Below are positions 30,310 through 38,273 of a stretch of DNA of 64,000 nt, piece by piece. The notes below the pieces were generated by a model. It worked only from the letters and a program-made list of their open reading frames with translations, made no database searches and was not told where the DNA came from. Position 1 is the first letter of the stretch; each line of letters opens with the position of its first letter. Made by a program: the position numbers and the translations under genes. Location of the stretch: the NCBI GenBank assembly GCA_038060895.1, contig JBBTCT010000034.1, positions 1 through 64,000 on the forward strand, written 5' to 3'. Source of the DNA: Planctomycetota bacterium. GTDB lineage: Bacteria; Planctomycetota; MHYJ01; WSZJ01.

Positions 30310-31191
30310 ATGACCGCCGCCCTCGTCCTCACCGGCCCCACCGCCTCCGGCAAGACCGCGGTCGCGCTTCTCGTCGCGGAGAAGCTCGGCGCGGAAATCC
30401 TCGCGATGGACTCCGCCACCGTCTACCGCGGCATGAACATCGGGACCGCGAAACCGACGGCCGCGGAGCGCGCGCGCGTGCCGCATCACCTCCTCGACAT
30501 CGCCGATCCGGCGGCTTCGTTTTCGATCGCGGACTGGCTGGGCGCCGCGAAGGCCGCGGAATTGGATGTCGTGGCGCGGAAGCGCAAGCCGCTGTTTTCC
30601 GGCGGCACCCCGCTCTACCTCAAGGCGCTCCTCGAGGGCCTCTTCGAAGGTCCCGCGCAGGACCCGGCGCTGCGGCGGCGGCTGGAAGCGCTACCGGATC
30701 TCCACGCCGAGCTGGCGAAGGTCGATGCAGCGTCGGCGAAGCGGCTGCACCCGAACGACACGAAGCGGCTGGTGCGTGCGCTCGAAGTTTTCCGGCTGAC
30801 CGGGAAGCCGATTTCGGAGCACCAGACGCAGTGGGGCGCTGCGACGAAACGCCCCGCCCGGATCGTGCTGCTCGACCCGCCGCGCGACGTGCTGCGCAAG
30901 CGGATCGCGGAGCGCGCGAAGGCGATGCTGGCGGGCGGGCTGGTTGAGGAGGCGAAGCGGCTGACGTTTTCGACGGAGACGCGGAAATTCATCGGGTACG
31001 AGGAAGCGCTGGCGGTCGGGTCGGGGAAGATGACGGTGGCCGAGGCCGAAGCGCAGATGGCGTCGCGAACCTGGGTGCTCGTCCGTCGGCAGTCGACGTG
31101 GTTCCGGAAGCTCGACGGCGCGCTTCGAATAGAATCGGGCTCGGCGGCGCAGATGGCGGACCGCGCCGCCTCGCTCCTTGCCGGCTCGTGA
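30310..31191 (+). CDS. miaA: tRNA dimethylallyltransferase
   Basis: GPTASGKT, DSATVYRGMNIGTAKP, PHHLLD, GGTPLY, HPND.KRLVRALEV, RRQSTWFR. Confidence 0.96.
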   Translation: MTAALVLTGPTASGKTAVALLVAEKLGAEILAMDSATVYRGMNIGTAKPTAAERARVPHHLLDIADPAASFSIADWLGAAKAAELDVVARKRKPLFSGGTPLYLKALLEGLFEGPAQDPALRRRLEALPDLHAELAKVDAASAKRLHPNDTKRLVRALEVFRLTGKPISEHQTQWGAATKRPARIVLLDPPRDVLRKRIAERAKAMLAGGLVEEAKRLTFSTETRKFIGYEEALAVGSGKMTVAEAEAQMASRTWVLVRRQSTWFRKLDGALRIESGSAAQMADRAASLLAGS

Positions 31192-31267
31192 ATTCCAGGA
31201 ACTTCGACAGTGCGGGCGCGTCCAATCAGCCATAACTGACCGATTCAAAAAAAAACGGGAGCCCGCC

Positions 31268-32449
31268 ATGATTCGCTTCGCGACCTTCGCCTTGTTCGCC
31301 GCCCTGATCGCTGCCCCGGTTTTCGCGCAGGATGCCGGCGAAGAGGGGAATCGGGTTGAGGACGACCGGAAGGGCGACCGGGCGTTGCGCGAGCAGGAAG
31401 CCGGCGGCGGCGCGGCGGGAAAAGCGCGCGAGCCGGGCGGCGAAGCATTGCGGGCGCCGAGGAGGCCGAATCCTGACAGCAAGCAAGTGCCGCTTCCGGT
31501 CGTCGTCCCGGCCCCCGAAATGCTGACTGCCCTTCCCGCCGACGGGCGCGTCGCGCCGTATGGCGACGGATTCGCCCTTCTCGAATCCGGCGCTTCGGGT
31601 GACCGCCTCGTGGCGTTCGACAAGGACGGCAAAAACCCCGTGGAGCTTCTCAACGCCGGCCAGAAAGTGGAGCGCTGGTGGCTCTCGGCGGACGGGAAGC
31701 GCGTGCTCTGGGTCGGTGGCGGGAAGCTGTTCGCCGCGACGCCGGGCTCCAAGGTTTCGGAGTCGCTGGGAGAGTCACCGCTCGGTGCTCCCTCGGTTTC
31801 GCCGGACGGCGCGCGGGTCGCCTTCATCCGCGGCGGAAAACTCGTTGTGCGCGCGTTCGGCGGAAGCGAAGAAAAGCTGATCGCACCGGCCGACGGTCTC
31901 CTGCTCGGCGCTGCCGCCGCCTGGGCGATCGACGGCAAGAAAGTTTTCACGCTCGTCGGCGCGACTGCCAATGAGCCGGACGGCATCGGCGCCGCGGACC
32001 TCGCCGGCGAAGCTCCGAGTGTCGTCCGCGTCTACCAGGCAACCAGCGCCATCCTCTCCAGTCTCTCCCTCTCCCCCACCGGCCGCTGGCTCATGTTCGT
32101 CCAGACCGCCAAGGCCGAACCGCGCCAGGCCGCCCTGCGCCTCCTCGCCCCCGACGGCTCCGAGTTCCGCACGCTGGCCCGCGCTTCTGCCATCGACGAC
32201 CCCGTCTTCTCCCCCGACAACCTCCACGCCTACTTCTCCGCCCGGGGCGCCAACGGCCTGTGGCAGGCGTGGGAGGCGGGGCTGGAGCCGGATGCCGCTT
32301 CGGGAGAGATTCCCGTCCGGCGAATCGTGGAAGAGGAGAACCGGCAGTTCGTCAGGCCCGTCGTGGGACGCGATGCGAATCTAGGGTGGTTCATCCGCGA
32401 GGATGCGAGCGGGAAGGGCGCGCAAATTGGGAAGGTAAAGCTGCGGTAG
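31268..32449 (+). CDS. Secreted TolB-like (PD40) beta-propeller protein
   Basis: Signal peptide; repeated S(A/P)DG..V.(W/F), SPTGRWL, PVFSPD motifs. Confidence 0.75.
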   Translation: MIRFATFALFAALIAAPVFAQDAGEEGNRVEDDRKGDRALREQEAGGGAAGKAREPGGEALRAPRRPNPDSKQVPLPVVVPAPEMLTALPADGRVAPYGDGFALLESGASGDRLVAFDKDGKNPVELLNAGQKVERWWLSADGKRVLWVGGGKLFAATPGSKVSESLGESPLGAPSVSPDGARVAFIRGGKLVVRAFGGSEEKLIAPADGLLLGAAAAWAIDGKKVFTLVGATANEPDGIGAADLAGEAPSVVRVYQATSAILSSLSLSPTGRWLMFVQTAKAEPRQAALRLLAPDGSEFRTLARASAIDDPVFSPDNLHAYFSARGANGLWQAWEAGLEPDAASGEIPVRRIVEEENRQFVRPVVGRDANLGWFIREDASGKGAQIGKVKLR

Positions 32450-32474
32450 AGCGGAGGGAAGAAGCGCCGCCGCC

Positions 32475-33371
32475 CTACTCGTCGTCCTCGACGTCTTCCT
32501 GGAGAGCCTCAAAGGCGTCCTGCACGATGGTGAGGTTTTTGCCGAAGACGGCGTCGAGAGCCTTGGCCGGGCAATTCTTCAGGTAATAGGCCTGGAACTT
32601 GAGGGTCTGCAGTGCCGCCGGCTCTGAGGCCACCTCGTAGTCCACGTAGGCGACGTGGTAATCGTCCACGAGTTTAAGAAGGGCCTTTTCCCAGACGCTC
32701 TCGCATTTGTGGAACAGGGAGCTGGTGTCCGGCTCGATCTGCGCATCCACCACCTTGTCCACTCTCGATTTGTAAATGCGGGAGTCAAATCGGGCGCGGA
32801 AGGACTTCACATCCTCGGACTTGCGCACCACGACGCTCGCGAGAATCGCGGTCTTGAGACTCTCCCCGGTGGCGGTGTTGAACGCCTGCTCGAGCGTGTC
32901 CAGCGCGCCTTTCTTGACTTCAAGCACCGCGTCGACAGGCAGATCGGTGTACACCGCCATGGCGGCCAGCATCAGGTCGGCCGCCAGGTCCTTCTCCATC
33001 GCTGCCCACGCGTCGTTCGCCGCCTTCTTCGCGATATCGCCCAGCTTTTCCCCTCGCTTGCGGTACGCGAGCATTTCTTCGGTGAAGTCGACGTGCAGGC
33101 CTTTCGTCAGCTTGTAGGCCGCTTTTCCCCGGTCGACCAGCGCCTTGACCTTTTCGTCTTCCGGAAACTTCTCGGCAATCTTCTTCACTTCTTCAAGCGC
33201 CCGCGTGTCGTCCTTCGAAAGTTCGTAGAGCATCCCGTCGGCGAACTTGATTCGCGACTCGAACTCGCGCAGGTAGTAATCCACTTTCGAGATTTCCGAG
33301 GCGGGCGCCTGGGCGAGGGAGGAAACCGCGCAGGCGAGGGCGCAGAGCAGGACCGGGAACGGTCGGATCAT
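32475..33371 (-). CDS. Secreted hypothetical protein
   Basis: GGAGG SD; signal peptide; no recognised motif. Confidence 0.65.
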   Translation of the reverse strand: MIRPFPVLLCALACAVSSLAQAPASEISKVDYYLREFESRIKFADGMLYELSKDDTRALEEVKKIAEKFPEDEKVKALVDRGKAAYKLTKGLHVDFTEEMLAYRKRGEKLGDIAKKAANDAWAAMEKDLAADLMLAAMAVYTDLPVDAVLEVKKGALDTLEQAFNTATGESLKTAILASVVVRKSEDVKSFRARFDSRIYKSRVDKVVDAQIEPDTSSLFHKCESVWEKALLKLVDDYHVAYVDYEVASEPAALQTLKFQAYYLKNCPAKALDAVFGKNLTIVQDAFEALQEDVEDDE

Positions 33372-33533
33372 CGGGTGGCCTCCGGCAGGTGAGCGCCAAA
33401 TGCTAATGAATCGGGTTGGGCTGTCGTCATGAAATTCAGCGACTGCATTCGGATGGTGGCAGCAGCAACCGGCGCAGGTCAGCCTCCGCAGCCTCCCCGG
33501 TTCGCGCGTGAACCTCTCCCTGGCCTCACCCGC

Positions 33534-36320
33534 TCATCCCACAGGCCTTACGACCGGTCTAACTCCATAGATCCATCGAAGCGTCGTCGGAAAATCCGCA
33601 CGCCGGTCCGCGGCCCTCGCGTTCGGTCCCGACAACGCCCACGCGCCGCCGCGCATGCACCGCCATTCGCGAAACGGAACCTGCGGCGCGTTGGCGCACC
33701 AGGTTTCCATCCCTCCCGACAGGTCGCGGATGCCGTAGACGGATTCGTCGGTGGGGAATGTGCCGACAGGCAGGACCACGCCTCCGCCCTGCCTGGAGGA
33801 AGTCGAGTGCGCGTAGGCGGCGTCGTATTCGTTGCCGAAGGAGAAGACGCGTCCGTCCACGCCGCGGCAGCTCTTTTCGTATTCCTCTTCGTGAATGAGC
33901 TCGAAGAGCAGGCCGGTCTGCGCTGACTTCCACTGGCACCACGCCAGCGCGTCCTTCCAGCTGACGGAGAAGACGGGCCATCGCGGATCCCACGCAAACC
34001 TGGTGTCTTCCTGCCGCGTCGGGAACCGGAAGCGCCCTTCGCTTTCGATCCAGTACTTCTTCTCGCCCTCGCGCGGCTGATGCCGGCGGGCCTCCTCGAT
34101 CCGCCCGCGCGCCGCGAGGGAGTTCAGGAATTCCAGGTAGTCGGCGCAGGTCGCCGGGAAGCGCGCGACAAACAGGTCCTGCGTCGTCAGTACTTCCCGG
34201 GGTGCGCCGCCCGCCCACTCGCCGCCGAAGATGAAGGGCCCGCCCGGGACATAGCAGAAGCCGGGAGGAATGTCCGCAGGGCGGTAGAGCGTGACGTCCT
34301 GGGACCAGGTCAGGCCGCGATCGATCCGGAACGGAAGCGTCACGGGAGCGAATCCCTCGGCCCGGAGAGTGCAGACCCACGAGCCGGACTCAAGCATCAC
34401 GGGGGCCAGCGGCGTCTTCCCGACCGCGCGTTCGGGGCCTGCGACGAGGCGCTTGTCGCGCTCCTCGATCTTCGCGATCGAGACTTCCACGCCGGCGACG
34501 TCATGGCGCGGACACGACGCCGTGTGACCGAACTTCACGCCCTCCGGGAGTGTCGAGATTTCCGGGACGGGTCGGTCGGTGTCCAGGAGCGCGAGGTCGG
34601 CCCGGCGCCGGCCGTCGCGCCAGGGCACCCTTGTGGCCTCCTCGATCTGCACGCGCCACTCCGGGTGCTTCACCGGGCGCAGGCAGTCGCACGCATAGGC
34701 CTTTGTCCGCACCGAAAACGTCCCGGGCGCCTCGAGGAGCGCCTTGTACCGGCCTTCGCGGTCGAACTGGGCCAGCGTGTTCCGGTGGAGGTGCATGTCC
34801 TCCGTGTGGCGCTTCGCCTCCGCCTCGAGAAACCGGTCGAAGAACAAGTCGCAGATCCCGTCGGAGGCTTCAACGCAGTCCGGATCCACGACGAGAGCCT
34901 GCGCGAAGTCCGCCCACGCCCGCGAAAACGCGTCGATTCGCTCCTCCTGGAGCGATCGCAGGCGCGTTTCCGCTGCCCAGAGCGGCTGTTTTTCGGCGGC
35001 CGGCTGCCACGGCTGGATTTTCGAACCCCACTCCCCGACCGCGGTCGCCTGCCGGGCGATCTCGTCTTTCAGCGCCGCGAAGCGAGCCGCGTGGACTCGT
35101 CCGTTGCCGACGCGATGGACCGCCTCTCTCTGCTTCTGCTCCCGCTCCTTGACGCCGTCGAGGAAGACCTGGATGTCGTCGTGCAGGTCCATCGCGGACT
35201 GGAAGCGGTCCTCGGGGCGGAAGGCGAGGGCCTTCCGGCAGAGGGCGTCCAGTTCCGGCGGAATCGGTTCCTCGGCCACGAGCGGCGCCAGGGCCCTTGC
35301 AGGTCCTTCCGGATCCCCGGGAACCCGCGCGACATGCCGGGTGGGCTTCGAGAACTTCCCGCTCTTGATCCGGGTGTTGCGATCCCCGGACTCGTCTCCC
35401 TCGAAGGGCGGCTGATACGTCAGGATCTCGTAGAGGATGGCGCCCAGCGAGAAGACGTCGCTTCGGGAATCGAGCTGTCCGACTTCGCCGGCGGCCTGCT
35501 CGGGAGACATGTACGCCATCGTGCCTTCAATCTCGCCCGAGTTCGGCGCGCCAACCTTGTCCGAGATCACCTGCGCCAGTCCCCAGTCCACGATCAGCGT
35601 TTCCCCGTACTCGCCGATCATCACGTTCCCGGGTTTCAGGTCGCGGTGAATCACGCCGCGGTCATGCGCGTAAGCGACGCCGAGGCAGACCTCCTGGAAA
35701 ATCCCCAGGAGCCGCGTGCGCGAATAGCTCTTCCGCGTCTCCTCGTCCCCGCGCGCCAGGTCCTGCAGCAGCTTCCCCAGGTCGCGGCCCGCGATTTTCT
35801 TCATGCAGAGGAACATCCGGAGATTTCCCGGCAGCCTCCCGAAGTCATGGATCGGGACGATGTTCGGATGCTCCAGCCGCGCCGTCAGCTTCGCTTCCTT
35901 CTCGAACACCTCGGCAAACGCCGCAGGCAGGTCCTCCCGCACCAGCTTCACCGCGACGGTGCGCGCGAGCGCGCTGTCAAACGCCTCCAGGACCTGCCCC
36001 AGTCCGCCGCGCGCGAGTTCCGGCCCGAGCCGGTAGCGGCCCTCCGCCGCCTCCGGCGGTCCGCCTGCGGGCTTGTCCTTCAGGTCCGGCGTCGCAAAGG
36101 TCGTCATGGCTGCCGTCGAAGAGGGACGGCGACGCGCTTCCAGCAGCCGCTTCACCTCCGCACATTGCGCGCCGCTCAGCATGCCGCGGCTCATAAGCGC
36201 GGCCTCGACGGACTTCCCAGGGTCGCGCGAGCACTCGAGGAGCTGCTGCTGTGAGATCAGCCGCAGTTCCAGCGCCGCCTGGCCAAAAAGCATGTCCAAA
36301 TCGTCGGGCACGAAGGTCAA
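33534..36320 (-). CDS. Ser/Thr kinase fused to an FGE-sulfatase (SUMF1/C-type lectin fold) domain
   Basis: LARGGLGQV, HRDLKPGN, DWGLA, YMSPEQ; C-terminal VPGGPF, PVFSVSWKDA, EYEKSCRG.DGR.F.FG, SVYGIRDLSG, RGGAW. Confidence 0.9.
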   Translation of the reverse strand: MTFVPDDLDMLFGQAALELRLISQQQLLECSRDPGKSVEAALMSRGMLSGAQCAEVKRLLEARRRPSSTAAMTTFATPDLKDKPAGGPPEAAEGRYRLGPELARGGLGQVLEAFDSALARTVAVKLVREDLPAAFAEVFEKEAKLTARLEHPNIVPIHDFGRLPGNLRMFLCMKKIAGRDLGKLLQDLARGDEETRKSYSRTRLLGIFQEVCLGVAYAHDRGVIHRDLKPGNVMIGEYGETLIVDWGLAQVISDKVGAPNSGEIEGTMAYMSPEQAAGEVGQLDSRSDVFSLGAILYEILTYQPPFEGDESGDRNTRIKSGKFSKPTRHVARVPGDPEGPARALAPLVAEEPIPPELDALCRKALAFRPEDRFQSAMDLHDDIQVFLDGVKEREQKQREAVHRVGNGRVHAARFAALKDEIARQATAVGEWGSKIQPWQPAAEKQPLWAAETRLRSLQEERIDAFSRAWADFAQALVVDPDCVEASDGICDLFFDRFLEAEAKRHTEDMHLHRNTLAQFDREGRYKALLEAPGTFSVRTKAYACDCLRPVKHPEWRVQIEEATRVPWRDGRRRADLALLDTDRPVPEISTLPEGVKFGHTASCPRHDVAGVEVSIAKIEERDKRLVAGPERAVGKTPLAPVMLESGSWVCTLRAEGFAPVTLPFRIDRGLTWSQDVTLYRPADIPPGFCYVPGGPFIFGGEWAGGAPREVLTTQDLFVARFPATCADYLEFLNSLAARGRIEEARRHQPREGEKKYWIESEGRFRFPTRQEDTRFAWDPRWPVFSVSWKDALAWCQWKSAQTGLLFELIHEEEYEKSCRGVDGRVFSFGNEYDAAYAHSTSSRQGGGVVLPVGTFPTDESVYGIRDLSGGMETWCANAPQVPFREWRCMRGGAWALSGPNARAADRRADFPTTLRWIYGVRPVVRPVG

Positions 36321-36381
36321 CCTCTCGAGGGGACCTCAATCATAACCTGTGGCCGGCGACTCCTCTCCCAACTCCACCCCC

Positions 36382-36624
36382 TCAACGTCCACTCCCATGG
36401 CACTTGCTGCAACTCCCCGTTCCGTTGCAGTGGCTGCAACTGCGCCCCGAACCTCCGCTTCGCCGGGTCCCCTGGCAAGTGCTGCACTTCCCGCTTCCGT
36501 GGCACCGCGTGCAGGCCCGGCCCCCGTGATCCACCATGCCGGAGCCTTCATAGGGGGTGGCCGTGCACCCCGGGAATGCGACGCCGACGCAAAGGACCAG
36601 AAAAGCCGCTACTGCCTTGCGCAT
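36382..36624 (-). CDS. Small lipoprotein with four CxxCxG repeats (DnaJ-type zinc-finger-like)
   Basis: Lipobox-like FPGC; CTRCHGSG, CSTCQGT, CSHCNGTG, CSKCHGSG. Confidence 0.7.
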   Translation of the reverse strand: MRKAVAAFLVLCVGVAFPGCTATPYEGSGMVDHGGRACTRCHGSGKCSTCQGTRRSGGSGRSCSHCNGTGSCSKCHGSGR

Positions 36625-36707
36625 GATGCCGTCCCTCATCGGGGCCACGCCTACGACCATAGCGGAACGGGCGGTTTGCCGGAAGTGCGCCCTCTCAGGG
36701 GAAGCGT

Positions 36708-38171
36708 TTAAGGCGGCCCCTCGTCGAGCGCCGGAACGCCGGCCTGGGCGCAGGCGGCCCGCATTTCCTCCGCGGAAATCTGGAGTTTCGCGGCGGCGCC
36801 GATCCCGCGGAGGATCTCTGCCGCATCCCGCCAGAGTCCGCGAGCCTCCGCGACGCTCCCCTGCACCAACCGGAGCAGGGAGAATTCCAGGAGGTGCAAT
36901 CCCTCGCAGACGCGATTGCCGGTCTCGCGGTGGATCGCGAGAGCTTTCTCGAGATGTGGTTCCACCGGTTCCCTGCTGCCGGCGCGGCGCAGGATTCCGG
37001 CCAGGTTCCCCAGGGCCACTCCCGCGTGCCGTCGGTCCCCGACCTCCAGGAATATCGCGAGCGCCTCCCGGCAGGCCCGCTCGGCTTCCCCCGACTTCCC
37101 CGCTTCGTCGTACACCGTCGCCAGGTTGCCCAGCGCCACGCCCTCAAATCTGCGATTCCCGACCTCCCGGTGCATCGCCAGCGCTTGCTCGTGCGCCCGC
37201 TCGGCCAGCCCCGGCCTTCCCGTGTCCCGGAACACCTGGGCCAGGTTTCCCAGGGACATCCCCTCGGCGCGACGGTCTCCCAGCCCGCGGGCGATCTCAA
37301 GCGCCTCGCCCTGGGTCCGCTCCGCCTCCTCCATGCGGCCGGCAATGCGGAAGTGCGCCGCCATGTTTCCCAGGGCGATCCCCGCCGCGCCCGGATCGTC
37401 CGTCTCGCGCGCAATCGCCACCGCCTGCCGCGACATCCGCTCGGCCTCCCCGAAGCGGCGCGCCTCGGCGTAAAGAATGGCGAGGCTCCCGTACGCGAGC
37501 CCCTCGCACCGGCGGTTGCCCACCTCCCGATGGATCGCCAGCGCCTCTTCCTGCAGCCGCTCCGCCTCCGCGAGCCGCCCCGTCTCCCGCGCCAGGATCG
37601 CAAGGAACTCTATCGCCACTCCCTCCACCCGGCGCGCCCCCTGCGTCTTCGCAAGATCCAGCGCCTCCCGGAACATCGCTTCCGCCACCTTCGCCCGCCC
37701 GAGCCTCAACGCGGCGCCGCCGGCGCGGGTGATCGCCGCCGCCCGGGTCGCCCCCTCGCTGATCTCCGACAACTCCCGCCACAGGTCCTGCGCCGCCGCG
37801 GGGCGGAAGTTCCGTTCTGCGAAAAGCGCGGCGCGATGAACGTACAGCCGATGCGCGCCGGAGAGCCCGCCGCCGGCCCGCTTCGCATGCTCGGCCAGCT
37901 CCGAGGAAAACGCATCCGTCCGATGCGGCCGGTGCGTCGCCGAATCCAATTCCGGCGGAGGCGGCTCCGGTGCCCTGCCGCCGGCCAGCGCTTCGATCAG
38001 CTCGAACGCCAGCCCGTGAAGCCGCGCGCGGTCGCCGGGGAGCTGAAGCTGGTAGGCGGCGTCGCGCAGAAGAGCGTGTCGGAAGAGATACGCCGCTTCC
38101 GCTGAAGGCGGCCTGAGCGCTTCGACTCGACCAGCCTGGGCGAGCGTGAGCGAGTCGAAGGCGGCGTTCAT
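36708..38171 (-). CDS. TPR repeat protein
   Basis: YLFRHALLRDAAY (as seen after STAND-type ATPase domains), then ~40-aa TPR repeats ALAIHREVGNRR.EG.ALGNLA. Confidence 0.85.
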   Translation of the reverse strand: MNAAFDSLTLAQAGRVEALRPPSAEAAYLFRHALLRDAAYQLQLPGDRARLHGLAFELIEALAGGRAPEPPPPELDSATHRPHRTDAFSSELAEHAKRAGGGLSGAHRLYVHRAALFAERNFRPAAAQDLWRELSEISEGATRAAAITRAGGAALRLGRAKVAEAMFREALDLAKTQGARRVEGVAIEFLAILARETGRLAEAERLQEEALAIHREVGNRRCEGLAYGSLAILYAEARRFGEAERMSRQAVAIARETDDPGAAGIALGNMAAHFRIAGRMEEAERTQGEALEIARGLGDRRAEGMSLGNLAQVFRDTGRPGLAERAHEQALAMHREVGNRRFEGVALGNLATVYDEAGKSGEAERACREALAIFLEVGDRRHAGVALGNLAGILRRAGSREPVEPHLEKALAIHRETGNRVCEGLHLLEFSLLRLVQGSVAEARGLWRDAAEILRGIGAAAKLQISAEEMRAACAQAGVPALDEGPP

Positions 38172-38273
38172 GGACGGAGTATGCCTCAGGCGGCCCTCGG
38201 CCGAGCCGATTCCGACCGCCGGGCCTCGGTGATGATCCGATAGACTGTGCCCGGATCATTTGCGGAGGACTCC

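Noticed and set aside
33534-33750. FGE-sulfatase C-terminus as a diversity-generating retroelement target
   Set aside because: No reverse transcriptase and no second copy differing at adenines (template repeat) in the window
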